Positions 12,736 to 24,855 of a DNA stretch of 64,000 nt are shown piece after piece. The notes under the pieces are model-generated. The model searched no databases. It was given only the letters and a program-made list of their open reading frames with translations, and was not told where the DNA came from. Each line of letters opens with the position of its first letter. The stretch's first letter is position 1. Location of the stretch: positions 10,177,220 through 10,241,219 of the forward strand of contig OZ199840.1 of the NCBI GenBank assembly GCA_964304625.1, given 5' to 3'. Origin of the DNA: Kudoa neothunni. Lineage: Eukaryota > Animalia > Cnidaria. The translations under genes were made by a program, and so were the position numbers.

Positions 12736-13934
12736 ATGTTGAGTTCGGAAGAGTTTTGGGGTAGTTACCTCATTGTTGATAGATGTGATCATAGTGGAAC
12801 AACATTTAGCATGCAAATTGGACGATTCAAATCGCAAATGTACATGGCAATACGAAGAGGACGATACTGCTGAGCACAAGTTGATTGTTAGTCAGGTAGA
12901 ATTCACACCGTTGCGCAATTCCCTATCTGATGCATTTAGGCATGTCTTGGTATTGGTGCCAAGGAAGGCGAAAGGAATGTGGTCAATGTTACAGTTGTGG
13001 GAGACGAAGATGAGTCGTACACTGTCCTTTCGTTGCGAGCTGGCATCCTCGAACAATGCTCGATTTCATTTGGTTTCACACAAACCGTTACATTTGAGTT
13101 GGTGTCTGGTAGTGGCCCAGTATCTTTGGTTGGATCTCATCTTATCGGTTATTTCTTTGTTGTTGTTGTTGTTCGACGTGCATCTGAACAAAAAATTTGT
13201 AGCAATCGATGACGATGTTGATGATTCCGAGCTTTATGGTGAAGGACACGATGGAGAACTCGATAGTGATATGTCTGATAGTGAAGACATGGATGACCAA
13301 CTTGACGATGACCTCTCTGAAGATGAGGACATTGAGGATCTAGGTATTTTTGTTTTAGAATATGTACAAAGAGAATGCTTACTTTGCTTCTGCGACGATT
13401 AAGGAAGCGCCGACGGTCCCCTTAAACGCAAAAAGTTGGGTAATGATGGTATGGGTGCGAAAAAACCCAAAGTATCGGGTGGAAGCATTCTAAAAAAGTC
13501 CGATATAGACGAAGATAGTGACGATGATGATTCTGAGACTGATACCAAACCTAAGGTTTTACTTTAGTTGGGCGCATTTTGCTTAATTAATGTTTTTGTA
13601 GAAAAAGCCCAATGGTGCAAAAAAGGTAACATTTTCTAATAAGCTGGTAATTTTTTGTGAAGTTGGGGTTTCAAGTTGTATTTTTTAGGACATTAAAACT
13701 ATTCCATCCATAAATGATACCTCCGCCACAGCAGAGAAAATCAAAGCTTCACTGTCAAAAGTATTCGTTTTTTTTGTTATAAGCGAAGACATAATTTGAT
13801 TGATTTGTTATTGATAGATGAAGAACAAACCAAAAACACTCGAGAAACTTAGAAACTTTGTTACCTCCACTCACAAAATCACCGATCCTGCCGTGATCTC
13901 CGAAATTTGGAATTCGCTCAATAGCAAAAATTGA
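12736..13934 (+). CDS. Nucleophosmin/nucleoplasmin-family histone chaperone with NPM1-like C-terminal domain
   Basis: Spliced: EEFWACKL..EHKLIVSQACLGIGAKEGERNVV..VTFELVSGSGPVSLVGSH, acidic tracts, a basic NLS-like PLKRKK, and C-terminal KPKTLEKLRNFVTSTHKITDPAVISEIWNSL. Confidence 0.88.
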
Positions 13935-14453
13935 CACTATTAGATTAATTGCGTTATAAAATATTGGTCACATGTGTACCGATGTACGTTGATTATCATT
14001 AGTTTTTTTGTCTCATGGTTTTGCGCTTAATTTTTTTGTATGTGAATCTTATTGTCGGGTTTTCACCTCAAGCGCGCTATTTATTTCTCGTTTGTAATAT
14101 TCAGTTCTTGGATTCGTCCACTTAACCTACAAAACATTAACATTAGATTTTAGATTAGGGGTTCTCCTTCCGTACTCAGTCAGATATTGTTGATTTTTAT
14201 GCGGTCGTAGAATCTCATTTATTTATTAGCTTATAAAAATTTTGTAAGTTCTAATAACATAACTCATGATGTAGCTTGTTAGATTCTGGTCTATTTATTG
14301 TGGCATCTTGATTATTCTAGACATTTCAATAGGCCACAAATAACCATTCACATTCTCTCCAAGGTAGTCTAGAATTTGGACTTACAAAGTGAGTTAGTCT
14401 GTGGTGGACCACCCCTAATTATATGCAAAATTTTTGTAGTTTCGGCTCTGAGG

Positions 14454-15054
14454 CAATCTCCCAAACTTTTTTATTTCGCGCCCCATCTTTTTCACGAGTA
14501 TTGATTTTTTAACTTAAACTGTTTATAACTATGAATAAAGCTCCCCATCACATTAAACTTGAATAAAATTAATATGTCTTCACTCATTAAAATTTAAATG
14601 TGTTCGATCAGATCTAACTTAATTTATCGATGGACCTTAAAAATTAACATCTTAGTTCTTCAATCCGTCATAAACAGCATCAACTGAAACTTGTGGTAAT
14701 CCAACCTTCATTAGGAAAGATTTTCGTGTATATGGGCCAATAAACTAAAAATAAATACTATAAAATTAATAACTATTATATTAGGTTTAGTCAAAAAAGG
14801 GGAGATATGATTCAAACCATTCTGATTCTATGTGGGTGAAGGACACGTTGAATATTGGTATCGATTTTTATGATGTTAATCGTCATTTAAAAATAAACGA
14901 TATTGGAAATCGCGATATTGACTTCAAAGTACGTCATACTGCCCAATTATCTCGCCATTATCCGTGTCATACCAATCCTCAGGATTTACTGCGTCCCATC
15001 AAAATTTTTTCACGCCCCACCGGTGAAATGTGGGGCCCACGTTGAGAAACACTG
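14454..15054. mobile_element. hAT-type MITE (same family as 21644-22354 and 55704-56416)
   Basis: Right TIR GTTGAGAAACACTG, degenerate left TIR, degenerate TSD ctctgagg/ctctaaga, and extensive internal identity to 21644-22354. Confidence 0.75.
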
Positions 15055-15511
15055 CTCTAAGAGGCTAAAAAGTTTTGACAAAAGTAAACCAATCGTTCGT
15101 AGTATAAGAAAATTGTTGTTTAATGAGTAATTGCATATCGGAAATTGACCCGATTACAACACAATACAACCTCAGAGCTCGTGCTCGTACCCTCATACCA
15201 GGGTTCGATTGAAAATTTAGAGTCTGAAACACTTTTGAATTTGAACATATATAGAAAGGTTATTCAGAACAAATCCAGTTGGAACGAAAAATAGAGAAAA
15301 AAAGAAATTCTTGAAGAAGAGTCGCTCAATCAAACTGTGCGGACGTCCTCGAAAGAGAACCCCTTATAATGTATCGTATATTTCATATCTATTTGTTATG
15401 TTTTATAAACAAAAGGTATGCATGTTTTTTCACTACTTTGCATAGGCAAAAATTATTCGGAATTCGAACACACTTCTAGAACGGGTTTATGGTCAAAGTC
15501 CTTGGTTGCAC

Positions 15512-15773
15512 TGTATATTATGTATATTATGTATATTATTAATTATGTATATTATTAATTATGTATATTATGTATATTATGTATATTATTAATTATGTAT
15601 ATTATTAATTATGTATATTATTAATTATGTATATTATGTATATTATGTATATTATTAATTATGTATATTATGTATATTATTAATTATGTATATTATGTAT
15701 ATTATTAATTATGTATATTATGTATATTATTAATTATGTATATTATGTATATTATTAATTATGTATATTATTA
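15512..15773. repeat. Minisatellite mixing 9-bp TGTATATTA and 16-bp TGTATATTATTAATTA units
   Basis: Directly visible tandem array. Confidence 0.95.
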
Positions 15774-16207
15774 TTATAATGGTTGTTGGCGATGTTTAAT
15801 GTTATATATTAAGTAAAAAATATAGGAAAGTAAAAGCACATGTGAATAAATAATTCGTATCTTTTTTGCGATCTTGCGAGGATTGTGAACGAGCGGTTAA
15901 CAATTATATTGCTCAATTTTGTCCTCAAAGATTAATTGTTTGATCCGACCTCCTTCGTTATATATTAATTAAATTTCAGATGCATCAGACATAATAATGA
16001 GTGTGTACAACAATTGTTAATTTCGATTAATAATGAGATAATGATGCATAGCGTAGATGAGATCGTAACTCCTAGCTTTAAAGCTTTATGTTCAATAGGC
16101 GTCTACCCATTATTCCCAATATCTTAACACAGGCGCAAATAATGAAGATATGCATTCAATTAAAATAAAAATGAACGAAAACTTTACAAATATAAACGAA
16201 AAATTAT

Positions 16208-19200
16208 TTAGGAGAATAAATCATTAAGAAAATCGTCAAATTCATCGGTTCTAGAAACAATATGAAAACGTAGACAAATGAAACAATCACTTGGACTTTT
16301 CAGGGTGAACCTCAGCAGGTTTCTTCCACACATTTGTTTCTTGTTGGATTGCGGCTTCTTCTTCATCATCATTAGCAGCGGCGGTTTTGGAAGTTTTAGG
16401 GGATTGTTCGGTTGTAGTAATAGTAACAGGACTTTGTTTGCGTTTTCTGCTTTTCGGCTTATGTGCTTTTCTTCTGTAATGAGTTATGTAGGTGGGCATT
16501 CAGAAAGAGCAAATACCTTTGACGATGATAGTTCAACTTGAGGGAGCAAATGGGACACAATCCTAAAAAGTGTGACTTTAAATTCATGCAATGAGTTATA
16601 CTGATTTTGACCAAAGCATTTTTTTCAATCTGATCTTCCATATAACAAAAATTAACCTAATTATGATAACACCGTCATGTTCGTAATGATAAAGAAGAAA
16701 TACTTCCCAAGATTCTAGATCTTTGTGTTGTTTGCAGTGTTTATCCCCACAAACAAATTGACCCTTCCCGCTGATTACTTCTTCTTCAATGCGCCACCTG
16801 AGAGCTATCTAAATCGAAAAATAGAGTCAACAACTACCCATAAAATCCATTTTATTTAAATTAAAATTATTGTTGAAAAAATATTTTTTTGTCATGGCGC
16901 AACTCACTTACGCATTATGTTGTTTTAGTCTTTATTTAGTAAAGTTAGAAATATTGAATTAAAAAATTATAAATTAAATACTGAAATAGATTGATACTTT
17001 TTTAAGTATAAATTAATAAGATAACAAATATTATCAAAAGAATTTTCTGTAGTCTTGTAATTTAAAAGAAAGGTCTTAAATTCTCTTAAAGTTAAAAAAA
17101 TTCATCTACTATATAAAGCAAACCGGTAATCTGTGTGTGTGTGTGTGTGTGTATGTACGCATTTTTCATTATTTACAGATAGACATATCGTTCCATTTGA
17201 GCAAACATATGAAAAGATAAAATTTTATTTTAACACAGAAAAATACGCAAAAATTATAAAAGATTTGCATCCAACAAAATGACTAAAAATATTTTCACCT
17301 GGTATAATTCGAAGATTTATGCAAACATATAGATCATTTCGTTAAAGTTTTAAAAAGTTAATTTTACTTTAAAATTATTGAAAAAAATTTAGTAACTAAA
17401 TTAGTTCAAATAAGGAAGGTAGTATTAGGTTATGTAGCCAAGAATTAATGTGAAATTCATTTGTTGATGTTTAACAAGATTAGTCATATTCATATGGTAT
17501 GATTTAGAGATTACTGTGAACAACAAGGAGAAAATCGATTTTTAAACGCTCAGTAGTATTTATTCATTTTTAAAAATATTAACTAAGGTTCATGCGTCAA
17601 ATTATTTAAGGTAATTAAAATACAATTTGTCCTACTAATTGATTTCTCTTTCAAAATTTTTTCATATTTCTTTGTATCATAAAAAATAACGTTAAATAAC
17701 TAAAATTCAGATCAAAAAATAACTTTAAAATCCTAAGCCAAGCGAGCGAGCATATTCGAATTCCAGTGGAATTTCAATTTTATTTAAAAAAAGTTTAAAA
17801 TTCTCTTACGTTTTGTGTTAAACATAGTTATTTACATTAATTTCTCCAAAATTTGTTTATAATGAATAACAGAGACCTATCAGATAATTCATTGGTTGCC
17901 GCGTTTTATATATTAATGCGTTACAAAACTAACATAAATTAAAGAAAACTCGTGATATTTATGTTTACTTTCTTTGAACGTACATTTTTATGAACGTATT
18001 ATGTAAAATGTAACAATTAACGGTCAAGAAACCTAACTAGATCATATATTCACATACCAATGTTTGGTATTTCGGTGGATTATAAATATATGGCGTAATA
18101 TTACACTTAATAACCAAAAACCAATTAATAAATATTTATTTTTAGATTTTACATCATTTTTATACTAGTTAAATAAATCAAACTTTATTTGTGTAATCTT
18201 TATTTATCCAAATACTCTTAATTTACTTTAAACTTAAAATGACCTTGGCCTACTCAAAGCTTTGGTCTACTTGGTCGGGCAAGGAAGCCTACGCGAAGGG
18301 GGACTTTTCCGCTAATTAAATATAAAACAATTCGAACATTAACTTGAATAATAATAATAATAACTGAAACCTAATTAAAAATTTTCTATTAAAAATAGTT
18401 AAGACTATTCTTTAGTTTACAACATAAATAATTCGTGGAATTGTCTATTGTTACGGATCACAATATTCAATTAGGACTAATTTTTACTATATTTAATCAT
18501 TAATCGTTAATGTTCTCTAAGAGCTCACAGAGCATAAAGAATAATTAAATATAATAGAGAATAATTAAATATAATAAATTATATGGAATTAATCCTATAT
18601 ATTAGTCAAAAATAGGAGTTATTTTTGATTAAAATTGACGATCGTTCAAGCGCGTATCTCGTTTAGGATTAAATTATATTCGCAGCAATAACCACAGACA
18701 AAACTAATGGATTAATTCTATTTAAACAATAGAATTAAATTGTATGCCAATATAGAAAGAGTATTTAGAACTCATTACAAATACTAATATAATTGTTGTT
18801 GCTTGAGTCTACTTTAATTTAATTGAGGTAATTCTTAGAAATTATGAAATTTCTCAAATTCACCGTGGCTAATCCGACACATTACCTTATTCTCTTTATA
18901 TCTAGTCAAATCGGAAATACAATATTCTTTGAACAGCTTATCGTAGTAGGAGTTTGCTAATCTTTTACCCCTTAACATTTAACGAATGTCATAGCTTAAC
19001 TTGGATAGACTTAGGAGGGATACCAATCAGATGAAAGTTCCTGTTCATCTTCAAAATCCCAAACAAATCTAAAATATTTCTCTCAAAGCAAAGACACCAC
19101 AATTTTTCATGGTGTACTTATGATTATCTCGAATGACATCCAAATCCGTTTTAATTTGTTTCACTTGATTGGGGGTTAAAAATATAAAAATTCATCAAAG

Positions 19201-19669
19201 AGATTAATTAACTTGGAGGAACTGGGGATTTTCTGTTATTGCGAAATCCAAAATGGTGTGAATAATGATTGACTAGCATTTTATGTTTTGTGAACTACAT
19301 GTAATGAGATTTTTAAGTTGTGAATCAAAGGATACTGCATCAAGGGCCTGAAAATGTGACACAAAACTTTTTTTCTCATGTCTAAGCCATTGACAAAAAT
19401 ATCACACACACACTGACAATACTTTTCATATTCATTTGTAACTATTTCTTTTGATGGAGGTTTCCCTTCGAATGGTCTTCTTGAGTAGGGTTTTTGAAGC
19501 AGATTTTGGTCGTTCCGGATTTCGTTTTGCTTCTTCAATAATTTTACTCGATGTTTGCTGCCTTCCTCATCATCGAATTCAGATTGATAATCTTCATTAG
19601 CATAGCCTTCATTCTAAGAAATCATTTTCTATATGATTAGATAAACGAAAGATGGTTTACATTTTTCAT
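16208..19669 (-). CDS. FRA10AC1: Spliceosome-associated protein FRA10AC1, multi-exon
   Basis: Spliced exons: LLQKPY, KTDLDVIRDNHKFVWD, WGKRLANSYYDKLFKEYCISDLTRYKENK, LRWRIEEEVISGKGQFVCG, SWEVNFCY, KNALVKIRLCPICSLKLNYH and DEFDDFLNDLF*. The start exon MKN at 19669 is inferred. Confidence 0.93.
17105..18315 (+). mobile_element. Non-autonomous Helitron in the large FRA10AC1 intron
   Basis: Starts A|TCTACTATATAAAG followed by (TG)n. Ends with a GC-rich segment GCGAAGGGGGACTTTTCCGCTAA|T. Inserted in an A/T dinucleotide with no TSD. Confidence 0.65.
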
Positions 19670-19814
19670 TGTTGCGCCTGCGTACAATAATAGGATAGAT
19701 TGATTTTTGAGATAACTGCTTATATTTAATATAAATATCATTTGTGTTTGTATATTTCACCGCTATTATAAATCGAGGAAAATTTGTATTTGAAGGAATA
19801 TGAACAGTTTTCTG

Positions 19815-19826
19815 TGCGCACGCGCA
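19815..19826. promoter_or_regulatory. NRF1/EWG-like site upstream of FRA10AC1
   Basis: TGCGCACGCGCA matches YGCGCAYGCGCR, about 150 bp upstream of the inferred ATG in AT-rich DNA. Confidence 0.35.
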
Positions 19827-20189
19827 CACAATATTAACGGTTAATAATTAACTGCTGAGAACAACTTTGGGCGCCACTTGTTTGTCCATCATTCTATTAT
19901 TTTTTAAATAAACTCTTTATATTTTATTTATTTTCGCCGGTGTCTCTTACATTTAAAAAAATAGTATTTATCGGCTAGTGCAATAAAATTGATAAAAGTT
20001 CCGCCGAAAATACAACAATATAAAAAAATTAATAGTAAAATAATAAAAAAATTGGTGTGTGGAGCCTATGGTTATCCTTTAAACAAGTCTATGCAAAGAA
20101 AACCGATAAAGCTATACAAACTCCGAGCGAGATCTTTTTCCAACGATGAACCGAACCAGGTTTATTAAATTTACACTTTGTAATGTATA

Positions 20190-21220
20190 GGCTGGTTGAT
20201 TTTAATAATAAAAAAATAGAATATTTTAACAGATTTTTTCACAAAAAATAAAATTTCTGTCTTTCAATATTCAACTTTTTTTCTTGATTCTACGCATTAA
20301 AAATACGTCAGCTCATAAATAGGGTTCGAAATGTTGGATTAAAATCGATTTGAACCGTCAAATTGGAAGAAAATAGCCGGGATTTATTATGTTTAATCAA
20401 ACAAGTTGGTTTCCGCCGAAAAGGAACGTTTGAAAATGAGGAAAACGCGACGTGAATTGATTAATTATTCGGTGGAATGGAACGATTTAGAAGCCATTGA
20501 GGATTCACCGGTCTGTAAATATTGCAAAGGACATTACAAATTTTTGGAGATACAATCCGATAAGCTTAATATACTTAATTTCTCATTAAATTTTTTAATT
20601 GATGCTCTTATTACGTTGCATGATTTCTCAAAATTAGTAGAAACAAACGAGAATTTTCATCACGGATTTTTGACTCGATAAAGAGTGACTTTGTAATTAA
20701 GAATTAAGGAGATAATTTGAGAAAAAATAGTATAGATATTATTGGCCTTGTTCCAGTTGAATCTTGAATCAATTTGATATTTAAAGGGGGAGAGTTTGTG
20801 TGATGCCACAAATGAAGAAATTAATCGATCAATACTCAAACATTTTGAGGAAACTTTTCATTCGCTTTGAATTTTTTAAACGGTAAATTAAATTGATCTA
20901 AACACTCCAGTTACTGTTTATAAATTAGATGTTGATGATCTTTATTATTTTTTAAAAGGTAAAGAAAAGGTCGAGATTAATAACGTATACTACACGCTAT
21001 GTGAATAGATAAAGATTCAACTCGACTCGTAAATATTGATTCCTGAAATATATAGTGAACTGGTTGTCCCACTCTTTCGATATTTTGTCAAGATATATTG
21101 TCACCACCAGTTTTCTCCTTTGATACTGAAAGGAGATTCTCAAGATTGAGAAATATATTTGGAAAAGAAAGGATCCATCTTTGTGATGGGAGCCTTACAA
21201 TGCTCCATTATAACTAAAAT
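20190..21220 (+). mobile_element. Decayed hAT transposase remnant
   Basis: Fragment LSPPVFSFDTERRFSRLRNIFGKERIHL resembles the hAT C-terminal dimerisation motif. Upstream fragments are interrupted by stops. Confidence 0.6.
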
Positions 21221-21330
21221 TAAAATCCGATAATCTATTTTCTTGTGAATTAAGATTCTTTTTTCTAAAATAAGGTCGATAAAAACCGTCAAAAATTTCC
21301 AAACCTACTCATAAAATAAGTTTTTCTTCC

Positions 21331-22525
21331 AATGCGCTTGCGGTGTCTCGATTCCGCGTAAACCTGGACAATATGACATAGTGGTGTTAGGTCGAGCTCG
21401 AGACCTAGTCGGGTAGTTCCTGTATTATTAATTCTAAATTAAATAGGGAGGCTGTAGCAATCGCAAGGATCTACGACGTATCGTGGACTTGCTTGTAGCT
21501 TGGGGAAGCCTGACGGAAGAGTAGAACTCGGGCGCTCGTAAACGCCGGAGTACAGGAACGGAATAGAACCAAGTGGGGATTTCCGCAGAGTCAACACCCA
21601 CATTCAAACGACTTTCCCAGACTAATTCAGAGTTGGTGTAGAACAGTGTTTTCAATCTTTTTTCTATCGTACCCACTTTTTCTTTAAAATAAGTTCCATT
21701 CCTCACCTTTTTCAGGTGTAATGATTTTTTAATTTCAACTGCTTATAATATTGAAAAAACCTCCCTATTACATTAAAATTTGAAATAGGTTAATATATAT
21801 TTCTTTCCTCATTAAAATAAAAATATGTTCGATCAGATCTAATTTAATTCTTCATTCCGTCCGAAACAGCATCAAATGCAATTTGTGGTAATCCAATCTT
21901 CATTAGGAAAGACTTTTGTGTATACGGGGCGAGTGAACGGAAAATGAATAATGTAAATAAAAAATTAATCAATATTATATTTGGTTTTTTGAAAAAAGGA
22001 ACATACGATTATAAATGCGACAACATTGGAATTATAACCATTCCGATTCTATTGGGTAAAAATCACGTTAAACGTTTTTATTTGTTTTTATATAAATTAG
22101 TAAGTGTTTTTCGTATTTTTTATAATAATCATATTCGCCTACAAGTAAACAAAACCAAAAATCGAGGTATTGATTTCCATGTGCGACACACTGCCCAATT
22201 ATCTCACCATTATCCATGTCGCATCAATCATCAATGGTCAGGATTTTCAACCTCCTACAAGAGTCGTTCATTAAACGCCCGAAGATTTCCATGCCCCACC
22301 CAAATTTTTCCACTTCCTAACGGTGGGGCGTCGCCCCCACGTTGGAAAACACTGGTGTAGAGTATGGTCGGGATGGTGGTTGCTCTGAAAACGAGGATGT
22401 TTAGATGGTTAAAACCCCACACGACCACATAAACTTAAGTCGCCTTAATATTACGCCGCGGTACCTACAGCGTAAAGTAAATGGGAAGGCTCAACCAGCC
22501 CGAACTTCACAATCTAACAAGAAAC
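21331..22525 (+). mobile_element. tRNA-headed SINE-like element interrupted by a hAT MITE
   Basis: 21361-21643 plus 22355-22525 align colinearly with the intact minus-strand copy at 40065-40531. Confidence 0.7.
21644..22354. mobile_element. hAT-type MITE inserted in the SINE
   Basis: TIRs CAGTGTTTTC...GAAAACACTG and TSD gtgtagaa/gtgtagag. Confidence 0.85.
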
Positions 22526-23577
22526 AAGCAACAAATAAAATCGATTGGGCGCAATAAAATTAATCCTTGATTCACTTCGCAATATCGAAATCTGATTGTA
22601 AGTTTAAAATATGGCGATATACACATAAAAATATACATTAATAAAATCTAATCTATAATTTAAACTAATTCACTTAATTGAATCACCCTGAAATAATCCA
22701 ACCAGCATTTTTTTCTAACATATTAAAATATTTTCTACCATATCAATTACAGAAACTAAAAAAAACATTTTTGCAGATATTCATTAATAATAATATATTT
22801 TTTTTATCTTGCTTGCAATTATAACGATAAAGTTTGTTAAAAATCCCGCTTTATTTATTTATTTGCTTATTTATTGACCTATTTATATTTTGGATAAACT
22901 CATATCATATGAAAAAAATTTAAGTACAATATTATAAGAGCTACGACTGATATGTATAGAATATATTTAAATGATGGCTTCATGTTTGATGACAACAATA
23001 AATCAGCTTACATAAACAACCGAATTATTACGATTTGAGAAATAGTAAAATTTGAATTAGTTTCGCGTCGTTTCATATTTGTTTTTAGAAAAAAATAAAA
23101 TTTAAAAAATAAAGCTAAAATCATAAGCAAACCCTAAATTCTAAGAGTCACGCGACACACCATTACTTTAATACACAACTAATTTTACGCATTTATTTGA
23201 TATTCACCACCCAAAATAATACACGCAGTAATAATTGAAAAATTTTGCCACTATAAACTTACTAATAAAAATATAACATTATTTATATTACGCAAGCGTA
23301 GTGGTTAGTCACCTCTATTACGATAACCATTAAACTAATTAATCTGAACACCTTGTGAAAATTCTTGATATGGGCGTTAACGAGTGCGATAATGGGATAT
23401 AAAAAATGTATATTTCGTCTGTAATCGTTAAAGAAACCACCTCAAACCGAAAATTTACACAGAATAAAGATGACGAATAATTACGAACTATAAGGGTGGA
23501 AAGAATCCACGTGTGTAGAAATGCCTCATTTCAAAAAAGTGCGCACGACACATTAAGCTTAATATTTTTAAATCAAC

Positions 23578-24855
23578 ATGGATAACGTATACTCGAAAAG
23601 AGTAGGATATAATCTACATTATGATAATTTTAAAACAGCTGCAAACTCAATTTTCATTCGAACTGACATGAACACGACGCGGTCGCAATATGACGTGAAT
23701 TTTAGATCGAACAATGGGGTGAGTGTTTTTTAATCCGAGCATCAAAAAATGATTGGTTTTTAATGGATGCTCGAATAAATCTGGAGTATTCAATTTTTAT
23801 ACCTGTATCCAATTAGAAAGTTGGGTTGGTAAGCCATTTGAATTTGGATAGAGATGCTGCCTATCTGGAAAATAAACCCATACAATCGCTATCAATTGGA
23901 ACGGAAAGTAAAATTCGTGGCTGCGACGTTCGTTTGTTTAAACGGCTGCAAACAAATGGCGTGATGAGTTGTGGTGGTAGTGTGGAAAAGAATTCTCTGG
24001 TTACACATGCCAGTTTCATCGGAAATTTTGTTAACGGATCTCGAGTTTTTGATTTCACATTTCTCTCTCAGGCAATTCTATAGATCCTATAGATCCTATA
24101 TATATATATATATATATATATATCTATATATTTATATACGTGGATAAATTGTTGGTTTTGATTATAATTGTTGGATTTAGAATCCGCATTTATTCGCCGG
24201 GCTACACACCAAACATTTTCTATATCATCGTCAACTAATGGATAATAGCTTTGATTTGAGTTTATCGGGCAAACCGCTTCTTATTCAAGACAACAAATGT
24301 GTGCTCAACTATGGAGGAGCTATTAAAAAAAACCTTGGCAAATATCGATTGCTATTGGGGATTAGATTGGCGTCGATGGACGAAAAATTCATTGCTACCA
24401 CAAATATGTATGGTTTAATAATTGGTGGTGAATTTTATGTTATGATTTGAATTCTTAGTTGTAATGGTGATTTTTTTGATATAAGTTGTGTGAAGAAAGT
24501 AGATTTTGAGTGCGGAGGTTGTTTTAATGAAATTCGCTTTAGCCTTGTGATGATTTCGAATATGGCGTGCATGTAGACGGGAGTCTTAACAATAAAAAAT
24601 CCCGGTTCACTTTTGGAATGAAAAAAAAATGTTGCCACAACAATTCCTACTTGAAAGTAAACATTGTGTGAGGAAAAATTGCGTCTCATTCTAATTTGAT
24701 TTTAGACACAATTTTCTGATGATGGTAATATTATGCATGAAATATTTGTTGATTTTTGCAAATATGTTTCGGTTGGAACCACCCTTTCCAGCTCACTGAA
24801 AGATCCCACTTCAATAGACAATTATAGGGTGTTTTTCGAACTGAATATTGACTAG
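23578..24855 (+). CDS. Highly divergent VDAC-family mitochondrial porin; 6 exons
   Basis: N-helix-like HYDNFKTAANSIF, YDVNFRSNNG| (cf. LKTKSENG), KFIATTNI|CNGDFFDISCVKK (cf. FQLHTNV|NDGTEFGGSIYQK), SRFTFGMK, and a terminal beta-signal-like YRVFFELNID. About 290 aa with amphipathic strands. Confidence 0.7.

Noticed and set aside
21331-22525. Hammerhead or HDV ribozyme in the SINE
   Set aside because: No CUGANGA/GAAA core and no convincing HDV double pseudoknot found by eye.
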